IMG/VR virus record: IMGVR_UViG_3300033146_001382 | Coordinates: 64,001-128,000 of that record | DNA length: 64,000 nt | Reading direction: 5' to 3' (one strand) | Source of the DNA: a virus | Shown: positions 1-12,200 of the stretch, in pieces | How positions within the stretch are numbered: the stretch's first letter is position 1 | Layout of the letters: the number at the start of each line of letters is the position of its first letter | Made by a program: the position numbers and the translations under genes | Notes under the pieces: generated by a model | What the model saw: only the letters and a program-made list of their open reading frames with translations | Told to the model about the DNA's origin: nothing | The model's database searches: none

Positions 1-2
1 TA

Positions 3-224
3 GATGCTTATATGAGAGCTTTTTATGAGGAAAGGACACGTGAGGACGCTGCAAGGCGAAGTAAAAGTAAGTCACCTGGTAAATTATCAGCATTTGATTC
101 TGAGGAAGTGATAGTGACTGCTTCTAATGAATTGTATCAAGATATAGAGTATGACACCCCAAGAGAAGCTAAAAAGCTTAAAGAAAGAGCGGATATTAAA
201 AAAAGGACAAAGAGGGCTGGATAG
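3..224 (+). CDS. 5'-truncated protein, probably the C-terminus of a tail assembly chaperone
   Basis: Frame is open from the window edge (gat gct tat atg...) to TAG at 222-224. The gene immediately before a tape measure gene is usually a chaperone; this call is positional only. Confidence 0.4.
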   Translation, partial: DAYMRAFYEERTREDAARRSKSKSPGKLSAFDSEEVIVTASNELYQDIEYDTPREAKKLKERADIKKRTKRAG

Positions 225-237
225 GTAATTAAGTAAC
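225..237 (+). promoter_or_regulatory. GTAATTAAGTAAC motif upstream of the giant TMP gene (partial copy of the candidate phage promoter)
   Basis: The same 13-mer occurs at 27967-27979, also intergenic and directly after a stop codon. Confidence 0.3.
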
Positions 238-275
238 TACTAAAGGTTTAAAGGGATTTCTTTCTCAAAAAAACT

Positions 276-281
276 AGGAGG
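276..281 (+). promoter_or_regulatory. Shine-Dalgarno AGGAGG for the TTG start at 290
   Basis: AGGAGG lies 8 nt before TTG. Similar sites precede 27192, 27746, 29671, 34741, 41940 and 63357. Confidence 0.8.
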
Positions 282-289
282 ATACTAAC

Positions 290-3200
290 TTGGGAGAACA
301 TATAGTAAGTCATGATATAAAAGACTCTAGAACATCAAGTAAAAGCGGAAATACACAAGGTGTTTCTGTTGTAGAATTATCTAAAACGGATAAAGCGAGT
401 CAAAAGAAACTTAATGACGGTATAAAAGAAATTAGGTCTATTATTAAGAAACAGGCCAATGACACCGTAACTTCAAAATTATTAAGTTTAATAGAGAAAT
501 TGATTAGTGCCACTAATCAAGGATCTAAAATAAGTAGTTCTGAATTAAAAACACTATTAAATTCTATTGTTAAGAATCAGTTTAAAGGGGGACAAGGTTC
601 CCAGACTAAAGCTACATCTACAGCTTCTGGTGCTTTAAAGATAGACACTACTTCTATTATAAAACTTCTTACAGATAATACTAATTCAATAACTAGTGCA
701 GTTATAAAAGCTCTAGAATCTAAGGGTATTTCTATAGATGATGCTTCTATAAAACAATTTCATAATACTATGACGTCTACTGTTAAAGATATTATACCCG
801 CTAAATTATATTCTATAATAGGTGAACTTAATTCTACATTAGATGGAGTAGTTAAGTCCAATCAGGTAGTTGTTCAAGCCTTTAAGTCTATGAAGAAATT
901 ACGTGCTAGTGGTGGTGAGTTAGGTGTGAGTGAAGTAATACCATTCATGAGAAATCTTGAGAAAGGATTTGTAGAAGTTAAGTCCTTAGTGTCCAAAGTA
1001 AATGGGCTTAGTTCTAGTATATCAGCTATTCCTAAAGAACTTAAAGGGGCTATGGATGGTATTAAAGATGAACTTTCTAAAATGAAAAAAAGAACCCAAA
1101 ATAGAACATATAGCGTAATTAAAGAGGTTTCAGATAGTCCAGCAAGTGCTACACAGGCTGTGGTTAAACAAGTTGCTAAGGAGTTAAGTAAGGTAGGAGA
1201 AAAAGCATCTGACCCTCAAATTAAGAAATTGATCACTAAAATAGATAAATTTTCAGGTTCTTTGGATGATTTTCCTAAATTTATAGATGCCTTAGATAAT
1301 TTTGCTAAGGCTGTGACTAATGCTAAAAGTTTAGATCCAAAAACTATTCAAAATATTTTGGCTCCTTTACAGCAAGTTTCAAAATTTGCTCCAAAGGGGC
1401 TAAAAGACGATGTATTAAGTAGTAAGCCATATAAACTTCTAATGTCTCAAATGAATAAGCTTATAGAAGTAACTAAACAAATAACTATTAAGTTTAATGT
1501 AAAAACTAATAATTTAGACAAACAAATAGATAAGGTTATTACTAAAAAAGAACGTTCTGTAGATATTACTTTAAAATCTAAGAACTCTGATACTGTTGTT
1601 AAAGAGTTAGAAGATATTTCTAAACCTAGAGAAGTTATAATTACACCTGTCATAGCTACTAAAAAAGTAGTACAATCTAGTGTTACACCTTCTAGGGCAA
1701 ATTCAAATAAAAATGTGCCTCAAAATGTATTACAGGCTAATAAAAGACAATTAGCCTGCAAAGAAAAATCAAATATATATAGTCCTGACGAAGTTAAACA
1801 ATGGTCTAATACACTGAATAGTAAAGTGGATGTATTAATAGGATCTTTAACTAAAGCAGCTAATAGCAGAGGCGCAGCAATTAATGATGCAGATTTTGTT
1901 CTACCTCCTGTAGTGGAAAGTTCAATAATTAAATTGATAGCTATCATAGATGGTATATCTAGTAGAAGAGAGAATCCTTCTGAACTTAGAAAATATATGG
2001 ATAATTTATCTGCTAATTCACGGTATACCCCCTGCATCTCCACTCAGTCAAAACGGGACATTAAAGAGGTTTATGATGTATTACACTCTGTAACTACTGA
2101 CGCTTTTAGTGACATAGTAAAGGCTTCTGAAGAGGTAGTTAAAAATTTTGAGAAACTTAAAAAATTTCCAGATCCTGTTACAAATGTAACTAAAGATACT
2201 AAACTTAGTGTTGCTAAGACTACTGAACCAGTTAAATCAATTCAACAAACTAAACCAGTTAAGTCTACAGAACCTAGTAAACCTAGTAAACCTATAAAAA
2301 CTACTAAAACTACTAAATCTACTGAGTCTAATAAAGATGCTATAGACAGTACAGCAAAGCGTAATTTAGCTCAAACAAATGGTTCTGTTATACCACGTAA
2401 ACCAGGAGCAAATGAAAATCGAGGTATACCTAGTTCTACACAACAAGATATTTATCAATATACTGAACGTAATATAGATCCTGGAACCACTACATTTACT
2501 AGTGGAGCTGATATAGGGGTAGGTGAAAAGACTAAACAAATAGTACTTGATCATGTGGCAGATTTATCAAAATCTCTTTTAGATTTACAACAATATATAG
2601 TAACTACACTTGATGAAGAATTTACTAAAGTACGAGACAAGTCTAATAAGAAGAACTGGAAGATTGTAGGTAAGACTGATACAAATCCTATTTCAGACTA
2701 TTTTAAATTAACTGAAGGGTATAATAGGAAAAAGTCTGGGAAGCAATATAGTTTTAAAATAGCTAATATTAAAGCTTTACAAGGTAAAACTGGTAGTGAT
2801 TTAGAAGATCCGACTTCTTTAATAAATAAGTTTAAAGAAGATGTATCTAAAGAGTTATTAAACGCTAATAAATTTAATTTAGCAGAATCAGTGGGTAAGT
2901 GGCTTAAACGTTTCTCTACGTCTGATATATCTAACTGGAAGGGGTTAGGCACTGATACTTCACGTAGATTAGTAGGTATCAAAACTAAACATGATTTAGG
3001 TAAAGGAACTTCCCCTTCTAAGGGTATGGTTAAGGCACTAAAAGGACTTGGTAACGATAGATTAATAAATATATTTGAAAAGACTATTAGTGAGATAGAG
3101 TCAGACCGTAGGCTTAGCGAAGAGAAATTTAAAAGGTCTCCATTACTCAGAACTATTGCTATACCTGCGGCACGTTTGACTTCCACAGGTGCTACAACTT

Positions 3201-6200
3201 TTGATACTGCTTCAGGGAGTAAACGTGTAATACCTAAATTTGCGACATATAAGACTGGTTTTGAAAATATTTTTGAGTCCTTACAAAAAACTAAATCTCT
3301 AGATATAGACAAAAGCTATGCTTCAAAGATACGTAAATTAGGAATTAGGCCTTCTGGTTCTAATTTTGAAGAAGCTAATAAGTTATCTAAATCAATGTTA
3401 ATAGATTTATCTAGTGTTAAAGATGTAGTAGATCCTGACGGTAAAAAAAGCGTAAATGCTGATGATGTGAGAGCTGACTTAGCTAAAAAGTTAGAGGCCT
3501 CGGTAGTAATAAAAGCAGGAAAATTAGCTAAAGCTAAACATGTAAATAGCCCAGAAGATATATTAAGTAAAATAGATACTAGTATTTATACTGAATTTGC
3601 TAATGGTACTAAAACTATGGAAGAATTTATAGCTGCCACTAGTGCTGCTGGGGTAGCTGCTTATGATTTAGTTAAAGGGATGGAGAGCGTTGAATTTAAA
3701 AATATTTACCAAATAATTAAAAAGTTACTGGAAGGCTCAGCAGACACCAGCACTCCTTTAAGAACATTAGGTAATAATCCCGTTTATTCTAAAAATATTC
3801 GTGATTTTGATTCAACTATTGGAAAACTTATTGGTACAATACCTATCGCTGAGGCTGCTAGGCCTAGACGGTCAACGCACCAAGAAAAAATAATAAACTT
3901 GATGAGTATGAGTACGCCTATATATAGAGAAAAAGGTGCTATAGGTCTGCAAGGTACAGAGGCTGAAGGCCAAAAACAGTTTCTTAGAGACTTAAATCTG
4001 AATCTTGCTGAGTTTGTGTCCAATACAAAAATATTAACAACTGCAGGTATGGGCAAAGATAGACTACCTTCAGATGTAAAAACTTTTTCTAGTTTAGGTA
4101 TACCTGATGGACAGGCTGGTACTATTTTAGAGTATAGGAAAGATTTTAGACATGAAGATTCAAAGTATTTAGCACCTCTTAATGCTACTAATGTAAAGCT
4201 GTATTCAGATTCATTAGCTGAGTTGTCTCCAGCAGGTGCTCAGTTTACACAGTTAGGTAGAAATACTGCTAATGTTAATAATGCTTTAGCATATAGAAGT
4301 GGAGGTGTCGGAACTGATTTTCCTAGTTTACGTTCCAATAGAGAGTCAGAGTTAATTGCTGGGGGAAGGTATGGTACTCAAGGATATGGCTTTAATGTTA
4401 CAGCTGAATTACGTAATACACCTAATACGTTCGAAGATCAAATAGTTGTATCAGGTAAATTAGCTGATGTCCTTACATCCATAACTAAAACTATAATGCA
4501 GCCAGATAAACTAGGTAGATTAGCTCTAATAGGGAGTGATGGACAAATAGCTGATACACCAGAAGGCTCTGTTAGTGATATTGTACCACAACAATTAGTA
4601 AGTGTAATTGAACAGGCTAATAGGGTATTTCAAGATGTATTAGGAATAAAACAAGAGTATAAAGGACGTGCTGAGGATGCACTAATAAAAGAGGTTACAA
4701 GCGTATTAACTACTGTAAGAGGAAAGGATGTACAGGTTCAATCAGCTAAATTAGCGGAAGTATTTTTTAATTACTATGGTAGGAAATTTACTACTAGATA
4801 TGGCTCTAAAGGTGTATCTATAACGGCTCAAGGGGGAAAAGAAGAATTAACTGGGAAGCAGCTCAATGATTTATTTGCAAATAAGAAAGTAAAAGTATTA
4901 AACCGAGAAGAGCGAGCTACTGCTGGCTTAGGAACAGCTGCACTACCTAAGAGTATGGGCCAGCTTGTGCAAGAAATATATAAAGAATACGCACAAGAGT
5001 TAGAACTTTCAAAGTCAGATTTAAAGCTTTCAAGTCAAGCACTTGTAAATAGTGGTAATAAATTTATGTTAAGTATGTTCTCTGATGCCTCTTATGGGGT
5101 TGTGTCTGATGAATTAGATCTTACAGAGCAAAATAGTTTATTTGAGGAAACAAAAAAAGCCCTAGCTAAATTAGATTTAGATTTAGCTAAGGATATTAAA
5201 GGTATAGAGGGATTAAAAGAATTTTATTCTAATATGTCTGGGGCGCAGTTGTACACTGAAAAACCTATAGACATTAGAATTAGTTCACATGGTATTGCTA
5301 AACGTGGGCTTCAAGGTGAGAACATCGAAGCCATTATGAATAATGTTATTAATTCTGGTGAAGAAGAACATACTTCTTTAGTAACTAAATTCTCACCTAC
5401 TGCATATAGGCATTTGTTAGGTACATCTACTGATACCTCTGGCAAGTTCCCAAGTTTAAATGAGTTGAGTAAGGCTCTAGGTTTTGAGAGTCAGGCAAAA
5501 GGTAAAGACAGGGCTACAGTTGTAGAAGATATGATGAAGCTACTTAAATCTAGGCATATTAAAGGTTCTTCTGAGGAACTAACAACACAAGCTAATAAGT
5601 TGGCAGATTTAGAAATAAATTCTAATTTTTATAGTAGTATACGGGATGAGTTTGGTGAAAGTAGAAAAAGTTTGGTGGGCTCAAAATTTGTAGAACTAAT
5701 AGAAGAGCCTCATGCAAATCCAGCATGGAGTGAGACTGATATAAAGAAGCAGGTAGCAGGCCAACGTTTAAATATACCTGCATTTGGGGCTTATGCTACA
5801 GTATTTGGAGAGCAATCAAAGTTTATAAAGCAGTTAACTTCGGATGTACCATTAGAGGCTAAAAAACATTGGGAGTATTTAAAAGCCCTTCAAGTGTTAA
5901 ATACTGACAGTTCAGATATGGTAGATAGCCTTATGGCATCTGCACAGGTAGTAGATGTGTCAGATTTACGTAGTTTTACTAAGTCTACAGGTAAATTTAT
6001 ACCAGCATCACAGATGGTTAATATTGATTCAATGTCAGAAGAGGAAGCAGGTAGGGTGATGAATAACTCCATCTTAGACACTGCTAAATATCCTGGCCCG
6101 ATGAATTTACAAATTCCAAATACTAAAGACCCATCTAAACGTGAGTCATTTTACGTCCCTGGGGCTCTTGCTAGAGTTACTTATCCAGAACCTAATATAG

Positions 6201-9200
6201 CAGGAGAGCGTGGACTAGATGTAGTAGCTAGACGATTGCAGTCTATTGTAAATGCAGCAAATAAGGTAGATAGTGTTAAGGGGAAGACTGGAGAAGATGG
6301 CAGTACTAAACGTTGGGATACTATAGCTAGAATAAAGGCTAAATTAAATGATTATAGATCAAGAGTTACTGAGATAGTAGGGCCTGACCCACAAACTAAA
6401 AATTTATCTTCTAATGAGGTTGGTCAACTTGAAGGGATTCTACAGAAACTATTAAAAGTATTAGACCAAGCTCCTGCTGATAATAGAATGCTTTATAGTA
6501 ATCAGAAGTATTTAAGTGGTAGTACAAGGGGTGAGGTTGTTAGGGATATTTATAAGACTAGAGGAGCAGATCAATCTCAAGCTAAAGTATACCAAACTAC
6601 TATAAATAGTGCTGTGGATCAACTTATAGGACCAGATGGAGCCCCAAACCCTAAAATGCCTCAATTTGCACAAAGATATGAACCTGATGCTAATTTATTA
6701 GGAGCTAAAGATGCATTAGGTGTCACTTCACTATCTAATTTTGCACTTAGTTTGGATGTAAAACCTGCTTCTGGAGAGGACAAACTAAAGGACGCATTAA
6801 AATCATTAGAACGCGCAAAAATTGAATATTATAATACATTAGCTAAGTCAGTTCTTGGCAAAACTGGTTCTGTACAGGAATTTTTATTTAATAGAAAACT
6901 GCCCGCTGTTATGGGTAAAGCTATAAATGCTACAGTAGATAAAACTAAAGATTTAGAAACTTTTAGTAAAGAACTTCTTTCTATAAGTAATTCTTCAGGT
7001 GATATAGGTGTAGATTTAAGTTCTTTAAGTGAAGCAGCTAGTACTATAGATGAAATAAAGATAAGTCACGCTAAGAATGTAGAAAAATCTAAAGCTAAAG
7101 GTCTACCCGTCTTGCAACAGCATGAGATAGGGATACCAGAAAATTATGCAGCTAAGCTTCCAACATCTTTTGTAAAGAGATATGATATTAATGAAGGAAG
7201 AGTAAAGGAATTACCAAAACCTATTTTTGAAAAGTCCAACTTAGCGAAAATGTTAACATATAGAGAAGAAGTAAAAGCTGCAATGCCCAGTACTGCTCCA
7301 GATATGCAGACAAAGATGAAAGCTTATCTTTCTTCTGAGTTATCTCCTTATATAGAAAGTTTACGTTTTCCGGTCACTGGGGTCTCTTCTATTCAACCTT
7401 ATGAGGCTAAATTACTTAAACCAAATGAGGACGGTACACGTCAGATGGCTAAGCACTCTTTGATGGTACCAGGAGTACCAGATTTCGATACTAGTAAATT
7501 TGATACTATAAAGGTTAAAGTAGAAGCCGTGATAGAAGGCTTAGTAGAAGATAGGGAAGCAGAATACAATAAAGACACTCCTGATTTGAGTAGAGTAGAC
7601 AAATTAACTACTACTATTTCAAGTTTAGATAAAGCATTATTTGATGTACTACCAAAATATACTGCTGCGCAACAAAATCTAGATTTTGATGGTGATCAAA
7701 TTCAATTACATGCAGCCAAAAAATCATTAGCTAGACAAGAAATAACACAGCATTTTAAAACTATAACAGATTATGATAGCCAAAAAGATACTACTGCTCA
7801 AGCTTTGAGATCTGATTTTACTTATGATGCTTTGATCCCATCTACAGGTAATTATACATTAGCAGAACAACAACTAGCTTTTGAAAAGAAATTTCCATCA
7901 GAAGAAGGTTTTGGTTTCATGACCAAACCTTTCTTAACAAAAGATTTAGAGTATTTGAAACCTGCAGAGCAGCTAGACATTTTAAGTAATTATCCAGGAA
8001 CTGAAGGTGCAGAAGTAACTCCATTAACTGTACTAGATAATTTATTACCAGAGTTATTTAGAAATGCAAAGCAGATGAGTAAAATAATGGAAACTTTAGA
8101 AGCAGTAGTACCAGGTGTAGATGATGAGGGTAAGTCTACTTATAGTAAGGACCTCCTAACTGCTTTAAGCAATATGAAATCTCCAGATGGTAAGACTAAT
8201 GGTACACAGGTTGATGTATTTAAAGAAGGTATAAAAAATAAGTTATACGACACTAAAATGACTAATGCTATTAATGCTAACTTCTTTAAGTTAAATACTG
8301 GACAAGATACTGAGGCACTTAATAGGCAATTAAAACTATTTGAAAGAAATTTAGGTTATGGTGGTGGCCTTATAAGACAAGGTGCAAAATATAATCCAAC
8401 TGAAAACCTAGCTCAAAGGTTTCCATTAGACTTAAAATCAATGGGAAATATTATAGGTGAAGAATTACATACTATGGTTAATGAGTTTGTTCGTTTTGGT
8501 GAACAGAAAGGGCTAGATGTAAAACATGCTGGATCTTTACCAGTAGCTACTGAGATGGCACAATTAATATCACAAGGAAGCTCTGGAGTAAAAAAGTTGA
8601 TTGATAAAATAAATACTAAGGGTGGTTCTTATGGAGAGCTAGCTGATTTTAAGGATGCTAACTATAAAGTTTTAAATCATAGGTTAGGCGCTATGTCTAC
8701 TGAAGATTTATACACAGATGCTACCAAAATTGCAAGTGGTAGAGGAGAACCAACAGCTAAACTTGATTCTAGTAGTAGAGACCAACTAAAAGAGTATATC
8801 ATTAGCTCTATTGGTTTTGAAGGTTTTTTATATGAATTAAGTAATCAAGTTATAGAAGGAGCACAGGAGGGATTAAAAGCAGCTATTAGTACTTGGTCAG
8901 AGTCCAAAAAACAGAAAGAATTTAAAGGTATGAATGAGGATAATTATGTAAAGTCTATTATTAGAAAACAACTTAAAGGTGGTGGGGTAAATATATCAGG
9001 CACCGCTGAAAATCCTTTAATGCCTTTATACAAAATGAGGACTTCTTCAGCTTCAGGGTATGGCCAAAGAAAATTACATATGGATAAGTATGGCGATCCT
9101 GAAGTACCAGAATTAGATGGTATTTTTGAAGGAGATGAAGCCAAAGCTTATGTATCTAAACTTAAAGAGGCAAAAGCTGTGGCAAAGAATATTCAAGATG

Positions 9201-12200
9201 CTTTAACTGATTTTAGTGCTAATAAACTAGGTAATCGTAGAGGCAGCTATAATATGCTTTTAGCTAGTGATATAGACAATATTTACAATGATCAACGTAT
9301 AATCCAAGAGTTAGTAAAATCACTTGAAGGTAAAGAAGATACTATAGAATCTAGTGTAGCGGATAGGTTAAGTGGTAATAGCCCTATGAGTAATTTAGCT
9401 ATTGAGGCATTAAGTAAGCCAAATAACACAGTTAGAAAAGAATTTCTAGAGATTAAGGGTAGAGCTGTATCAGTCCCTAGTATAGGTCAAGAGTCAGCAG
9501 CTATTTCGAACGAGGAGTATATTACCACTGCTTCTATGTTAGCTGAAAGGGATCTACCTATGCCTGTACAAGGTGATACTACTAATAAAGAGTATGCTGC
9601 CATTCTTATCGAGCATGAAAAAGCTGTAGATAAATTAAAAGATAAATACTTAGCTGATGCACTGGTTATAGCTCAAACTGATACAATATTGAAAGCTGCA
9701 ATGAGTAGGGCAGAAGAAATAGGTTTTGTAACTAGATTATTACCCGAGGATGCTAGATCCTACAATGACCGTAGGCAGAGGGTTACTCAAGCAGCTCAGG
9801 AAAGTGCTAATAATGCTAATCAGAGTACTAACACTAATAGTAACTTAGGGGTGGATATACTTCAAAGGTCTATGCCAGCTGGAGGTGCTGGTACTCCAGA
9901 AGGTAGTTTAGTTAAATTTAGTGGAGGCCCGGCAGTTGACGTACGTATTGTAGCTGTAGCTGAGGGAGTAGGTATTTTCTTAGGTAAAACTGCTGGTATA
10001 GCACAGACTACTGAAGAACAACAACCTAGATTTAGTATTTCCTCCGAGTTGGAAGAAAAAATAAAAAAAGCAGAAAATATAGTTAAAGACATAACTGGAG
10101 GGTTGAATAACGCAAAAGGCGATAGTTTTGCTAATAAGTATAGAGCTAGTGGCCTAAAAGGTGGGTATGGTAATCGTCAAATTTCTGAAATAAAAAAACA
10201 AATGCAGGGTTTTCAAGCTAACGAAGACATTTTGGACTCTACCTCTTTATTAGGTACAGGTATTCATGCTAAATTAGAGGGAGGCTACCAGAGTAAGGGG
10301 TATGCTACTGAAAAGCCTGTGAGATACGACTCACCAGAAGGGGAAATTTCAGGCACTGTAGACGCTATTAAATATGAAAATGGTAAAGCCAAACATATAG
10401 TTGATATTAAAACTACTAGTGCTCTTAATTATGAGGATTTACATAGAGGAGTGGCTCGATTCCAAGAGAAGACTGGTAAAAAAACACCTACCTTAGAAGA
10501 GATTAAACCTTATGTAGGGAAAGCCCTGAGTAGTACTAAATTGGATGATGTAGCTTCTCAGTTAAATTTGTATCTCAGAGCTACTAATACTAATGCTAAA
10601 GCATCAGCACATTTCTATAGTAGGGAAGATCCAGACCTAGAACCTATAAAACTAGATCAATTTTTTGATGCAGATAGATTGAAAGCAGATGTTACGGCTA
10701 TAGGACAAGCTAGAAAGGAGATTAAACGTGAAGGTGGTACGTTTGCACCTACAGCTTCTTATGAAGAAGCTAAAATTATAGCTAAAGAAACTAAACCAGT
10801 AACACCAGAAAGAATAGAAGAATTAATTTCTATAGCTACTGAATACTATAATTCAGTTAAGCAGGGGCAACATACACAGAAGAATATGCCAGCTTCTGGT
10901 GGGTTAAGGGATAATGAACTATATACTATAGGTATAAGGGCTAGGGAATACCAAAGCCAATCTAAAGCTTTTGATGATATGGTAAGAGCTACACCTGTAG
11001 TAGAGGGTAAAGAAACTTATAATGTACACCAGAATTTAACAACTTTGCATGAAAGAGCCAGAATTACACAACAAAAAAGAGGTGTAGAGACTTCAGGGCC
11101 TCAATTTAATAAATTCAATGAGGAAGTGCAGAGTAAAATAACCGAAGCCTCAAAAAAAGGACCTGCAGGTGCCGAATTTAGTGCTTTAATAACACATCTT
11201 AAAGATACCTCACAAATTGATGGTAGCAAGATAAATGCAGCATGGAAAGCTTATCGTGTGGCAGTAGGGGATTATTTTGTAAAAGAAATGGCAGAGGCAA
11301 GAAGGCAGCTAACTAATGACTCTGCTAATGATGATAACATTGTACCTCGTTTTGGCGAGTATAGTAAGGTAGTAAAGAATTTCCAACGGTTTGTAAAGCA
11401 AGGTATTGGTAAAAAAACTGATATATACACAGCTAATTCTCAGTATTTTAATCCTGAGTCAGCTAGAGGCGCAGGTGTATATATGGATACTGATGATTTG
11501 ATAAAAAAATCTTCTAAGCCTTTGGGTGAAGACACTAAATTAATTAGTCTTTTTAAACGTATAACCTCATTGGAAGAAAATGAAGTACCTATACCTAGGG
11601 ATGCAATTAGGGATGTACTAGAAGATTTAATGGATATGGATCATGCATTAATTAGCTTGTATACTGATGCTGAATTAGTAGCTAAAATAGGTCCTAAAAT
11701 AAAGAATGGTTGGAGGTTTGACAGACTTAAAGGTGGTTTGTCAAAAATGCGAGCAGCACTTGAGTTACAACTAAATCAACCTGTAAAAGAGTTATATGAT
11801 GAAGACCAAATAGCTTATTTGAAACAGGTATTAAAAGAGTTGAAAAGTCTAGAGACTGTTTATATCGACTTAGATTTAGATACTGACTCATTTGAAAATA
11901 CCCTTGGTGAATATAAATTTCCTACATTAATACCAGTTCCTAAACAATTACCTAGGAATCAGCAATTGGCTTCTCACTATAAGAACGTTGAGGGTTTAAA
12001 ATCTCATTATAGAACTCCAGAAGCTCAAGGTGGTGCAAAAACTGGAGATTCCTTTGTTTATCCTATTAAAACCTATGGTCCAAGTGGTAAACTTATGGAT
12101 AACCAGAGATTTGTTATTTCTAAGTGGGGAGAAACTATTAATTCTGCAGGAGATTCTATACCTGTTTTAAAAAGTAGACTAGATGATTTAAATAAATCAC

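Noticed and set aside
2200-2340. Lys/Thr/Pro-rich stretch (TEPVKS...KPSKPSKPIKTTKTTKS)
   Set aside because: A low-complexity linker with no definable repeat unit or function.
4382-7711. Interpretation as a cellular rpoB/rpoC locus or host contamination
   Set aside because: The motifs are in frame with a phage TMP, highly diverged (RYG, NLDFDGD, RFP) and flanked by tail genes rather than ribosomal-protein genes.
10130-10710. Nuclease as a CRISPR Cas4 or an intein/homing endonuclease
   Set aside because: No Fe-S cysteine cluster, no CRISPR context, and no intein splicing motifs or LAGLIDADG/HNH motifs are visible.
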